This document shows, piece by piece, positions 1 through 9,070 of a stretch of 64,000 nt of DNA. This DNA comes from a virus (lineage: Duplodnaviria > Caudoviricetes): the IMG/VR virus record IMGVR_UViG_3300037067_015585, positions 160,001 through 224,000 of that record; one strand, given 5' to 3'. The notes under the pieces are model-generated. The model did no database searches. It was not told where the DNA came from and saw nothing but the letters and a program-made list of their open reading frames with translations. The number at the start of each line of letters is the position of its first letter. The stretch's first letter is position 1. The translations under genes were made by a program, and so were the position numbers.

Positions 1-2
1 CA

Positions 3-1466
3 TCTAAAAAGCCTGGTGTTAAAGTTTATGCGAGTAGTGGTCCTTATGTCATCTTGCGGTCTACCAATGCAGAATCGCTCGCCGAAATAGGAGAAGGTAG
101 TATTTGGTGTACGCGTAAAAGTTATGGTAGTGGTTCGATGGCACCATCATATCTTAATAGATTCGGTGCTATCTACACCATTTTCAAAGATGGTAAGCAA
201 CTTGCACAATATACTCCAAACTATGCAGAGGTTCAAGGAGCTAAAACGACATCTCGATTTGCGCCAACAAAAGAATTGGCTAAACTAATGGCTCCAGATC
301 CCGACATATTATCAGGCAAGATTCAAGGTACAGGTCTAAATCTAGTTGATGTTCGTACAAATTATTCTGCGTTGACGGGAATAACAGATCCCGAAACCGA
401 AAAATTATTGCTAAAAGAGCTGAAAGCAGCAAAGCCAGATGGGCGTATAGATTCAGCACGAGGGTCGATTTCAGTTAGCATCTATCATTGTACCAATTAT
501 ATATCAAAGTTCGGCGATGATATACCATTTATCAAAGAGTTTATAGATACAGTACGATCAACCCATCCGCGTGCAATTGGCCAGATGGTTACGTCATTAG
601 TTACCCATATTGCAGGTCGAGAGAAAATTCCGGATGCATTAATAGATATTATTGCAGAAACACACGATAATAAAGCTGCCATAATGCTAGCAAAGAGTTC
701 GAAGAAGCGTTACCCGCAATTTGAGCAGGATTGGTTATTAGACGATCTCGATAACGCTATAAGCTATACCGCCGCGACAGCATTAGTTATTCCGGGGCTA
801 TTAAATAGAATAATTAAAGAAGGTACCATAGGCCAAATGTTGGCCTATGGTATACCGCTATATAAAGCACGCAAACTAGATGTTGATGCATTAGATAAGG
901 TGTTGTCTACTAAAATCAATAATCAAGACGACGCTAATCTGGTGAGCAAGTTTGCGAGTGAGATAGGAATGACGCCACACATCGCAAAGCGTATAATGAC
1001 TAGTCAAAACCCTGGTTTTATTATAGTTTATTGTGGTGCTATTGGTAAAGCGTTACCAGGAGCAGATGAAGACATTCTTCGGTTTGGAGAAGCAGCAGAT
1101 GTTTGGAAGTGGATGCAATTTGTAAAAAAATATAACTGGCCCGAAGCAGAGGCAATACTAGCACATGATGCGCGATATGCCAATAAGTTTGTGCGAGCCA
1201 CTGGTCGAAAACCAAGGAACAAAGGAGATGAAAGAGATGTAAAGCCAAAGACACCAAAAGAAGCTTTGCATTTCGCATTGGCAACCGGCGATGAATATCC
1301 AGATGGTGAAAGCCTTATACTTCAAGATTTGGATGTCGCTATAGATTACGCAGAACACATAATTGGACCATGGGCAGAATTAGAACAGAAATTACGAGAA
1401 GAAGGCACACCAGAGCAAAAAGCAAACTACCTACATAAAGTGCTGTATGATATAGAACCAGATTAG
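3..1466 (+). CDS. 5'-truncated phage protein with WCT-motif domain and degenerate WPEAE-type helical repeats; paralog of 32990..34309
   Basis: The frame is open from position 3. EIGEGSIWCT..YLNRFGAIYTIFKDGK resembles LCSGTNWCT..YLKDGPLYLIYKDDK in 32990..34309. C-terminal NWPEAEAIL, YPDGESLIL and PWAELE repeats. Confidence 0.7.
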   Translation, partial: SKKPGVKVYASSGPYVILRSTNAESLAEIGEGSIWCTRKSYGSGSMAPSYLNRFGAIYTIFKDGKQLAQYTPNYAEVQGAKTTSRFAPTKELAKLMAPDPDILSGKIQGTGLNLVDVRTNYSALTGITDPETEKLLLKELKAAKPDGRIDSARGSISVSIYHCTNYISKFGDDIPFIKEFIDTVRSTHPRAIGQMVTSLVTHIAGREKIPDALIDIIAETHDNKAAIMLAKSSKKRYPQFEQDWLLDDLDNAISYTAATALVIPGLLNRIIKEGTIGQMLAYGIPLYKARKLDVDALDKVLSTKINNQDDANLVSKFASEIGMTPHIAKRIMTSQNPGFIIVYCGAIGKALPGADEDILRFGEAADVWKWMQFVKKYNWPEAEAILAHDARYANKFVRATGRKPRNKGDERDVKPKTPKEALHFALATGDEYPDGESLILQDLDVAIDYAEHIIGPWAELEQKLREEGTPEQKANYLHKVLYDIEPD

Positions 1467-1470
1467 ACTA

Positions 1471-1920
1471 TCAAATCTCACGTATAGACTCAATATTTTC
1501 TGGTCTTATTGTTATTATTTTTCTGAATAACGGATAGGTCACTAGATTGCGGTGTAGATCATAATAATACGATGGGCTCTCGCACGGCTGATTCATACAT
1601 TCGACATAATGTCTGTTGCAATTTTCGCATATTCCTTCTAGATCAACGCCAGTTGCCGGATCTTGATGTGATGTTGGTACATAGCGAGGTGGACCATAGA
1701 AATCTCGCAACTTCTTAACAATACCAGCCGGATTATTATTTTTGTGTACTTTCTCATATCGCCCAGGCCCTATACCGACTACTACGACAGTTTTCCCAGT
1801 TTTGGTCTTCACCGTCCTTATATGGTCAGCCTCTATGACTGTACCACGTTTCATAGTTATAATTGATCTCTTCGAAATGCGCGTTTCCAATATTGCGGAT
1901 AGTCGATCGTTGAACTTCAT
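1471..1920 (-). CDS. small RT-locus protein A (paralog of 2106..2489) with Cys/His-rich insert
   Basis: Shares RGxxIxADHxR, GxxPGxxExV, RDFYxPxR and PxFxKIITIxxEN with 2106..2489; extra CENCNRH..C..C segment. Confidence 0.8.
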   Translation of the reverse strand: MKFNDRLSAILETRISKRSIITMKRGTVIEADHIRTVKTKTGKTVVVVGIGPGRYEKVHKNNNPAGIVKKLRDFYGPPRYVPTSHQDPATGVDLEGICENCNRHYVECMNQPCESPSYYYDLHRNLVTYPLFRKIITIRPENIESIREI

Positions 1921-1927
1921 AATAAAA

Positions 1928-2081
1928 AAGACTGTCGTAAATTTGGCAGTGCAAAACTAGGACTACGGCTAAAACCGTCAGGTTTTAGATGACATGTGCT
2001 TCTGCACCATTGAACACCTCCCCAAGGCGTGACACGGACATCAATAGCTTCGAAGCGTCAGGGAAAATTTACGACAGTCTT
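1928..2081 (-). ncRNA. putative structured RT-associated element, copy 1
   Basis: Perfect 17-bp terminal inverted repeat 1928-1944/2065-2081; internal hairpin ctaaaacc-gtca-ggttttag (1969-1988); homologous to 2527-2676. Strand inferred from G-U wobbles. Confidence 0.7.
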
Positions 2082-2105
2082 GTCTCCTTGTTTTTGTGAA
2101 TAAAT

Positions 2106-2489
2106 TTAGAGCCACTTAAACGCTCGAACATTCTCTTTGTGAATGGTGATAATCTTCTGAAATTTTGGTCTAATTATTGGCAACGTTTTGGCATTATACA
2201 TACCATTTTTATCTGGCTCATCCCACCCATCTTTACCAAACTGGGTATGGCGCGTAGGTGCATAGAAATCACGCATTTCAAGCATAGGACCACGAGCACT
2301 TCTACCGGAGCGAACATATTCAGTTCCACCAGGTCTCAAACCAATAGCCAAATAAATGCTCCCGTTTTCTCTTTTTATCCACCGAGCATGATCTGCTCTA
2401 ATTTCAACACCACGCGCAGTCATTACCAACGCCGGACGCATTCTATTAGTATTTTCAAAAATAGCAGATAGTTGCTGATCGAAATTCAT
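2106..2489 (-). CDS. small RT-locus protein B (paralog of 1471..1920)
   Basis: Same motif set as protein A; begins MNFDQQLSAIFE versus MKFNDRLSAILE. Confidence 0.8.
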   Translation of the reverse strand: MNFDQQLSAIFENTNRMRPALVMTARGVEIRADHARWIKRENGSIYLAIGLRPGGTEYVRSGRSARGPMLEMRDFYAPTRHTQFGKDGWDEPDKNGMYNAKTLPIIRPKFQKIITIHKENVRAFKWL

Positions 2490-2526
2490 GTTGGTAGTCG
2501 CAGTATTGTAGATAACTTATGAAAAA

Positions 2527-2676
2527 GGGCATTACAAGTTTGGCAGTTCGAAAACTAGTATTACGGCATGAATCGTTAGATCCATACTGGCATGAATCTC
2601 TATACCATCAACGGCCTCCCCAAGGCGTGGCACGGTGTCGATAGCTTCGAGACAACGGGGAAAACTCATAACACCC
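2527..2676 (-). ncRNA. putative structured RT-associated element, copy 2
   Basis: 15-bp terminal stem 2527-2541/2662-2676; its four A-C mismatches on + are all G-U pairs on -. Shares tttggcagt, aaaactag, tacggc, cctccccaaggcgtg, cacgg, atagcttcga and gggaaaa with copy 1. Confidence 0.7.
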
Positions 2677-2691
2677 AAAATAATTTTTCCA

Positions 2692-4062
2692 ATGATTACT
2701 ATTAACGATTGTTTCAAGCAACTACCGTTTGACCGTGCGGCCATTTTTGTCATGTCTAAGGTGGCTTTCGACAAGAATAGAGGATTCACAAAATCATTAG
2801 ATGGTGAAACTTTTTGGCAGTTCGCACGCAAGTTAGACCGTACATTAGATTCCTTAAATCGTGATATTGTCTCTAATAATTATGTGTTCAATCCCTACAG
2901 AGAATATATACGTGTTCGCTCTGGCAAAGAACGCAAAATCTATATCTCAACGTGGTCCGACAAGATTGTAGAACGCTGGTTGGCGACGGCCATTGGCCAA
3001 TCACTGAGCAAATGGTTCTCAACAAGTTCTTATGCCTACAGAGCAGGTGCCCTTGGTGTTGATCAATGTCAATCCAAGGTAGCAAAAACAGTCAAACAAT
3101 GTAAGTTCTTTGCAAAGCGTGATATTACACAATTTTTCTATAATATTAATCACGATATTCTACTAGAGCAGCTACAAAGATTATTCGACAAGAATATGTT
3201 ACGACTATTAGAACAGCGCGTTAAATTCAATTATGGTACAGACTTAAATAATATTAAATGTGCTGATCTAGGGGTTCCTTTTGGTAGTCCATTAGCGTGC
3301 GTCTTAGCCAACATCCATCTGACAGATTTAGATAAGGATATGTGTCTACCAGGTATTCATTATTTTCGATATGCAGACGACTTTCTTGTAGCTGGCGATG
3401 ACCCAGAAGTAGTCTTACAAGCAGCAGTTCGTATGGACTCGGAAATAGAGAGACTCGGGCTAACGTTCAAAGCGTCTCACACTCAGAACTTCTCGTTTAT
3501 ACCGTATGATGGATTTGATACCGTCAAGCGATTCAAGTTCTTGGGATTAGAGTTTTCAGATAAAGCAGTTAAGCTGCCAATAGAGAAACAACGTAAAATT
3601 ATCAATTTCTTTAAACGTGGTTTAAAATCTGATAAATATAGCATTAGAAATGCAAAAGACAAGGTTGCTGAATCAGTTGCATCCACTAATCGAGTCGTTT
3701 CGAAACGTATCCGTTCTGTAGCAATCATCGATTACTATCTAAAACATACAACCGACGAGCAGCAATTGAAGAATATGGACAGAATAATTGCAGAACTTGT
3801 AGTCTCTGCTGCTCTAGATAAAAAATTTCGGAAGAGCGATTTTAGAAAAGTACCATACGAACGACTTAGACAGCTTGGTTTAGTGTTATTGGTACACCGG
3901 CATAAGTTACATGCACACAAACATATCAAAATACCATTCTTATCATTATATGACAGCCTATTATTGGAACGCATGGAATTACTAGCCATCAGAAACCGAG
4001 ATCGCATTAATAAGATCAAATTATCTCGAAAACTCCAAAAAATTGAGCGTGATAAGAAATGA
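2692..4062 (+). CDS. group II-like reverse transcriptase, non-intron
   Basis: RT0-like SLDGETF, KERKIYI..DKIVE, SYAYR, DITQFFYNINH, GVPFGSPLA..LANIHL..LD, YFRYADD, FKFLG and a thumb-like C-terminus. First ATG at 2692. Confidence 0.92.
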   Translation: MITINDCFKQLPFDRAAIFVMSKVAFDKNRGFTKSLDGETFWQFARKLDRTLDSLNRDIVSNNYVFNPYREYIRVRSGKERKIYISTWSDKIVERWLATAIGQSLSKWFSTSSYAYRAGALGVDQCQSKVAKTVKQCKFFAKRDITQFFYNINHDILLEQLQRLFDKNMLRLLEQRVKFNYGTDLNNIKCADLGVPFGSPLACVLANIHLTDLDKDMCLPGIHYFRYADDFLVAGDDPEVVLQAAVRMDSEIERLGLTFKASHTQNFSFIPYDGFDTVKRFKFLGLEFSDKAVKLPIEKQRKIINFFKRGLKSDKYSIRNAKDKVAESVASTNRVVSKRIRSVAIIDYYLKHTTDEQQLKNMDRIIAELVVSAALDKKFRKSDFRKVPYERLRQLGLVLLVHRHKLHAHKHIKIPFLSLYDSLLLERMELLAIRNRDRINKIKLSRKLQKIERDKK

Positions 4063-4063
4063 T

Positions 4064-4858
4064 ATGAATAAGCAGATATCAATAATCATACCAATTGGGA
4101 GACAATTTAGCGGCCTACCAATGCCAGAACGTGAAAAATCGTTCATATTCTCTATAGAGAATTTTTATAAAAAACATGTAAATTCTGAGATCATAGTTGT
4201 AGCACAAGACTACCAACTACCAGCAATTGATGGTATTAAGATAATCAAAATAAGCAGCCCAATATTTAATAAGGGCTGGTGTATCAATGTTGGAGTAAAA
4301 GCAGCGAAAAATGAATATGTTTATATATGTGAATCTGAAATGTATTCATCTGAACCATATCTAAATAATGTTAGCGACTTTATGTTCGAAAAGAATCTCA
4401 AATGGTGCTTCGCTTGGAATACATTATGTTATACTTCAGAACAGCAGCGAAACCAAATAATGCAAAATATGCCATGCATTAGAGAATATAATAGAGAACC
4501 ACATATAATGAAAACAGAAGGTGGAATAGTAGCGTTTGATAAAGACTTTTTCTTAAATATTGGTGGTTTTAATGAATGGTTCGAATTACTTGGGGGAATC
4601 GACAATGAAATCGCATATCGAGCATTTATGAGATCTGGTACATACCAAAGGTACAAACACGCCATAGATCATTTATGGCATCCTAGAAGTGAGAGTAAGA
4701 ATGTGAAACCATATTTTACTAAAAATGTAAAATTATGTAGTTTCACGATTAGATATGTAAAAGAAGTAAATGCATTTCTAGCAAAACAAGATTTTGGTAA
4801 TCCTATGCATCCATTATGCATAACAAAAACGTTTGAAGAGGCGTGGGGAAATGCGTAG
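4064..4858 (+). CDS. glycosyltransferase (GT2/GT7-C-like)
   Basis: ISIIIP, FNKGWCINVG, IGGFNEWF..LGGIDNEI, HLWH. Confidence 0.8.
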   Translation: MNKQISIIIPIGRQFSGLPMPEREKSFIFSIENFYKKHVNSEIIVVAQDYQLPAIDGIKIIKISSPIFNKGWCINVGVKAAKNEYVYICESEMYSSEPYLNNVSDFMFEKNLKWCFAWNTLCYTSEQQRNQIMQNMPCIREYNREPHIMKTEGGIVAFDKDFFLNIGGFNEWFELLGGIDNEIAYRAFMRSGTYQRYKHAIDHLWHPRSESKNVKPYFTKNVKLCSFTIRYVKEVNAFLAKQDFGNPMHPLCITKTFEEAWGNA

Positions 4859-5099
4859 TATATTGCCACAAAACGAAGAAAAAGCAATAAAAGCAGCTTG
4901 GTCTATTGTTGTTTGGATCGATGGTTGTTTAAATAGTGGATGTAAATGTGACTGTAATAAGCCACTTGACGAAGCTAAGCTTGTGCTGGCGACCTTAGAG
5001 CAATATAAATCCGAACTACATGATTGTGATATAAAAATCGCAGAATTAGGAATTGAGAACGAGAAACTAAAAAAGATTAAGAAGATACTCGACGGCTAA
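4851..5099 (+). CDS. hypothetical protein
   Basis: ORF coupled to the upstream gene; coiled-coil C-terminus. Confidence 0.5.
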   Translation: MRSILPQNEEKAIKAAWSIVVWIDGCLNSGCKCDCNKPLDEAKLVLATLEQYKSELHDCDIKIAELGIENEKLKKIKKILDG

Positions 5100-5142
5100 C
5101 AAGTTCGTATTTGAGATGTGAATTCTCCAATATAGGACTACC

Positions 5143-7329
5143 ATGATTGATCTTGAATCTGTTGACGTAGAAGGCTTCGTAAGCTGGGGACCATATAACA
5201 CAACGCTTAAGTTGTCGGGGATGGAACAATGCTTCATTTTAGGTAATGTATCTGATTCAACAAGCGTGGCATATGGGAAATCTAACGGTGCCGGAAAAAG
5301 CTCTCTGATGCAAGCCGTCTTGTGGTGCTTGTCTGGTAAAACGGTATATAACCAAAATCCGGGGGATAAAGTATTAAATTGGTTCTCTGGTGGCAATGCA
5401 AGAGTAAAGCTAAGATTAAAAAATGGCGATGAGCTTACTAGAGTCAGAACACGACAGGGTGATACAGAGCTGTTGTTTAGACGTGGTACTCAAGAAATTA
5501 TCAATTGCACTCTATCGACAACAGGCAATCAACAGCGATTATTAGACAAAGAATTGAAATTCGATTACGGACTATTTTGCGGATCTGTATTCTTTTCTCA
5601 ATATCGACAACCATGGCTTGCAATGCAAGACCAGACAAGGCGACAAGCTTTTGAACGTATAATGGGTATTGATAGATTGTCTATTTATGCCGAGGTCGCA
5701 AAAGCTAGGTATGATAAGGTCATACAAGAGCAAGAAAAACGTAAAGTCAAGGTAGACAGTTTAAACACAAGCATACAGAATTTAACACAACAGCTTGAAT
5801 TAACGCAAAAGTCTTCAATATTATTTGAAAATAGCCGCTCGAGCCGTCACATAGCTAAATTACAATATATCTCTGAATGTGAAGAAAAAATAAGCAAGTT
5901 TATTCAGATAGATATTAAAGCCTTAGCCCAAAAATGGGCGATTGTTACGAAGATAAACGCTAAGATAAGTGAAATAGAGTCTCAAATTTCAGAGGCAGAT
6001 ACGAATATATCGAACGCCGAAAACGCAAGATTAAAAGCAATAATGCATCTGAGGGAGGATGCACAAACAGACCGCAACAAAATATCGAAATCAATAATCG
6101 CAGAACAAAACATCGTTACAAAGACCGGTAATGACGCCGTTAAGACGAAAGAGAGTGAGGTAGAAGCCTATAATAAAAAGATTTTAGCGTTGCGTGGCCA
6201 GATATCAGATCAAAATAGCATTGTCAGTAATCAAAATAATATCATCAAGAAATGGCAATCTAAGTCTGGAAAGATATGTTTAGAATGTGAGCGTGAATTG
6301 CCTGTCGAATACGCTAATAGCAAAATTGATGGACCAAGAAAAACAAAAGAAGACGCCGAAAAAGAAGTCGCTCGATTAAATAATATCGTTATATCATTAG
6401 AAGCAGAAATCAAGAAAATCATTAAACAAATTACTGAATTAAGATCAGGAACATCTGCATCTATTATTGAATTATCAGCAAAGTCAACAAATATGACTGC
6501 TGAAATCGACGCGCAGTTAGAATGTGCAATAGCGACAGCCAACGGAACTGCAAAAAGCATCAAAGATAAAAATCAAGATAAGAAAACACAATTGGAGAAT
6601 CTGGTCATAAGCACAAAAGACAAATTATCTAGTGTAAAACCTGATATGACTGTCAACGAAGCTAACTCTAAGAACGCACAACGTGACACTATTTATGATT
6701 CACTGCGTCGCGCTAAAGAAGATGCCAACAATATATTGATTGAGAAGAATACGCATACTGAATCAATTATCCAACTAGGACAAAGCATCAAAAAGCAAGA
6801 AGATCAAGTAAAAATTGAATCTAAAGACCTTACTACATATGATATTATTTTATCTCATTTGCAGTATATACAAAAAGCATATAGTGATCGAAGAAAAATT
6901 AAGAGCTACCTAATAAGCAAACATCAACCATATTTTAATTCAAGGCTTCATCATTATCTCGACCTATTCGATTTAGACATAAGAGTATCGTTGACCGATT
7001 CATTGGGCATAGACAGTAATCTATGGGGGTATGATTTCCAAAGCGGTGGAGAGCGTGGCAGAACAGACCTGGCATTTATGTTTGCCGTTTTTGACTTGCA
7101 TCAAGGGATTCACGGACCACAAAGCAATATTCTTGTTCTAGATGAACCAGAAAAAGCGTTAGATGAAGCTGGGCGTCAAATGTTAATAAGTGTGATCAAA
7201 GATGACCTAGCAACTAGGTTCGAATCAATCTTTATAATATCACATAGCGATTGTTTTCACGACGTTTTTCCACACCAAATCGCTGTCGAAAGAACTGACA
7301 GATTCTCACATATCACAGACGTCAGATAG
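5143..7329 (+). CDS. SbcC/Rad50/T4 gp46-like SMC ATPase (recombination nuclease subunit)
   Basis: Walker A GKSNGAGKSS, long coiled coil with CLEC zinc hook, SGGE signature, Walker B LVLDEP, ISH motif. Confidence 0.93.
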   Translation: MIDLESVDVEGFVSWGPYNTTLKLSGMEQCFILGNVSDSTSVAYGKSNGAGKSSLMQAVLWCLSGKTVYNQNPGDKVLNWFSGGNARVKLRLKNGDELTRVRTRQGDTELLFRRGTQEIINCTLSTTGNQQRLLDKELKFDYGLFCGSVFFSQYRQPWLAMQDQTRRQAFERIMGIDRLSIYAEVAKARYDKVIQEQEKRKVKVDSLNTSIQNLTQQLELTQKSSILFENSRSSRHIAKLQYISECEEKISKFIQIDIKALAQKWAIVTKINAKISEIESQISEADTNISNAENARLKAIMHLREDAQTDRNKISKSIIAEQNIVTKTGNDAVKTKESEVEAYNKKILALRGQISDQNSIVSNQNNIIKKWQSKSGKICLECERELPVEYANSKIDGPRKTKEDAEKEVARLNNIVISLEAEIKKIIKQITELRSGTSASIIELSAKSTNMTAEIDAQLECAIATANGTAKSIKDKNQDKKTQLENLVISTKDKLSSVKPDMTVNEANSKNAQRDTIYDSLRRAKEDANNILIEKNTHTESIIQLGQSIKKQEDQVKIESKDLTTYDIILSHLQYIQKAYSDRRKIKSYLISKHQPYFNSRLHHYLDLFDLDIRVSLTDSLGIDSNLWGYDFQSGGERGRTDLAFMFAVFDLHQGIHGPQSNILVLDEPEKALDEAGRQMLISVIKDDLATRFESIFIISHSDCFHDVFPHQIAVERTDRFSHITDVR

Positions 7330-7344
7330 CAGGAGCGTTTGAGC

Positions 7345-8523
7345 ATGGGTAACACAGAAGGCCAATCGGCAATTAAAGAAGCCGAGCCACCGAGTTCACA
7401 AAGTAAAACAGACGCTTTTAGAGAACATTACTTTCCAGATACAGATGATAGTGAGTGGAATAGCTGGCATTGGCAATTCTGCAACAGATATGTCACCAAA
7501 GACCAGATATCTGAAGTAATTCAGCTTAGTCAGGACGAGAAAAATGCAATGGATGCATTAAAAAAATCCGGCAGGGTGGCCATAAATATAACACCATATT
7601 ACCTAAGTCTGATATCTCAAACAGACATCAATCAGCCACTACGAAAAACAGTTATTCCAACGATGGCGGAGCTTGATGTTTCTGATAGCGAATATGAGGA
7701 CCCGTTAAACGAAGATGATGACAGCCCTGTACCTGGTATCGTTCACAGATATGACGATAGGGTATTAATGTTGGTATCGAATTCCTGTTCTAGTTATTGC
7801 AGGTATTGTACTCGTTCTAGAATGATTGGAACACCAAAAGCCTGTCCAACGATTACTCAGCATTATATAGATGGTGCTATCGATTACATAAAAAACACCA
7901 ATTGCGTTCGAGATGTTTTGCTGTCTGGTGGGGACCCATTATTGCTACCAGACAGCACATTAGATATCATATTGAAGAGATTACGCGATATACCTCACGT
8001 CGAAATCATCAGAATCGGCACTAAAGTGCCCGTAGTACTACCACAACGCATAACACAGTCATTATGTGATATGCTCGAAAAATATCATCCATTGTTGATG
8101 AGCATTCATTTTACACACCCTGACGAATTAACTAAAGAATGTGTATTGGCATGCTCAAAATTAGCTAAGGCTGGAATTCCACTTGGATCGCAAACAGTGT
8201 TATTATCTGGCGTCAATGACGACATAGAAACAATGAAGTCGCTGATGCACAAATTATTAATCGCAAGAGTTCGGCCATACTATTTATATCAATGCGATCC
8301 TGTTATTGGAACAAAGCACTTTCGGACACCAGTTTCGAAGGGAGTAGAAATTATTGCTGGCTTGCGTGGTCATACGACAGGATATGCTGTACCGACTTTT
8401 GTAATAGATGCTCCTGGTGGAGGAGGAAAAGTCCCATTGCAACAAAATTATGTAGTAGCAAGCGATGAAAGCCAAACAATATTGCGAAATTATGCTGGGC
8501 AAATTTATCACTACCCACGATAA
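7345..8523 (+). CDS. kamA: lysine 2,3-aminomutase family radical SAM/PLP enzyme
   Basis: CSSYCRYCTR, LLSGGDPL, SQTVLL.GVND, RPYYLYQCD, DAPGGGGK (PLP lysine). Confidence 0.92.
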   Translation: MGNTEGQSAIKEAEPPSSQSKTDAFREHYFPDTDDSEWNSWHWQFCNRYVTKDQISEVIQLSQDEKNAMDALKKSGRVAINITPYYLSLISQTDINQPLRKTVIPTMAELDVSDSEYEDPLNEDDDSPVPGIVHRYDDRVLMLVSNSCSSYCRYCTRSRMIGTPKACPTITQHYIDGAIDYIKNTNCVRDVLLSGGDPLLLPDSTLDIILKRLRDIPHVEIIRIGTKVPVVLPQRITQSLCDMLEKYHPLLMSIHFTHPDELTKECVLACSKLAKAGIPLGSQTVLLSGVNDDIETMKSLMHKLLIARVRPYYLYQCDPVIGTKHFRTPVSKGVEIIAGLRGHTTGYAVPTFVIDAPGGGGKVPLQQNYVVASDESQTILRNYAGQIYHYPR

Positions 8524-8539
8524 GTGTCAAAAATAATTT

Positions 8540-9070
8540 ATGGATGCTTTCTCTGACAAACTGCGGACTGCACTAAATAATGATGTAGCTGAAAGGCTTA
8601 TCGTTCGTTATTTTACTAGCAAGGGATTTGATAAGACCAAAATGGATCAGCTGATTTATCCTCCAATTATGCAGGATATGCAGTTCGCCATAACGGAAAT
8701 GTCAGACAAATTAGAAGTCGTCCCACATGTTAGAAATATCGATCCGCTTGGAGACACAGCACGACTTGGGTGGAATCTATTTGTGCTTGGCAATCAACGA
8801 TGCTATCTTGGTGAAACATTCCATATGGGACTGAAGAAACTTACCATGCAATTGCAGCATGGTCAGATTTTATCAGAAGACCAGTCTGCAACAAGACAAA
8901 CAACACCGAGACGAGTAATTAAATTCATCTCTAGGGTATTCCAAGCTCACGAAGACGGTTATATCAACCTGACGCCACGTATTATACCGCTACCATATCA
9001 ACACCCAAGATCATCTGGTCTTGGTATGGCACAGCAATTCTGGAGCAGACCTGGTGGTCCGACGTGGTAA
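8540..9070 (+). CDS. hypothetical protein
   Basis: 176-aa ORF preceded by a CAAAAATA motif. Confidence 0.65.
   Translation: MDAFSDKLRTALNNDVAERLIVRYFTSKGFDKTKMDQLIYPPIMQDMQFAITEMSDKLEVVPHVRNIDPLGDTARLGWNLFVLGNQRCYLGETFHMGLKKLTMQLQHGQILSEDQSATRQTTPRRVIKFISRVFQAHEDGYINLTPRIIPLPYQHPRSSGLGMAQQFWSRPGGPTW

Noticed and set aside
1928-2081. Hammerhead ribozyme
   Set aside because: CUGACG occurs in copy 1, but a CUGANGA/GAAA core is not conserved in copy 2.
1928-2676. DGR template/variable repeat pair
   Set aside because: Differences between the copies involve all four bases and are compensatory, not adenine-specific. Neither copy lies in the 3' end of a target ORF, and no Avd-like gene is seen.
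2532-2831. 99-aa minus-strand ORF, and the RT extension from 2635
   Set aside because: The ORF is antisense to the RT and overlaps the structured element. ATG 2692 is the more plausible RT start.
2527-4062. Classical retron (msr-msd-RT)
   Set aside because: a1/a2-like inverted repeats exist, but they pair fully only on the strand opposite the RT. The RT lacks the retron VTG motif and looks group II-like.
2692-4200. Group II intron
   Set aside because: No domain V/VI follows the RT (a glycosyltransferase starts 2 nt after its stop), there is no room for domains I-III upstream, and no gene is interrupted.
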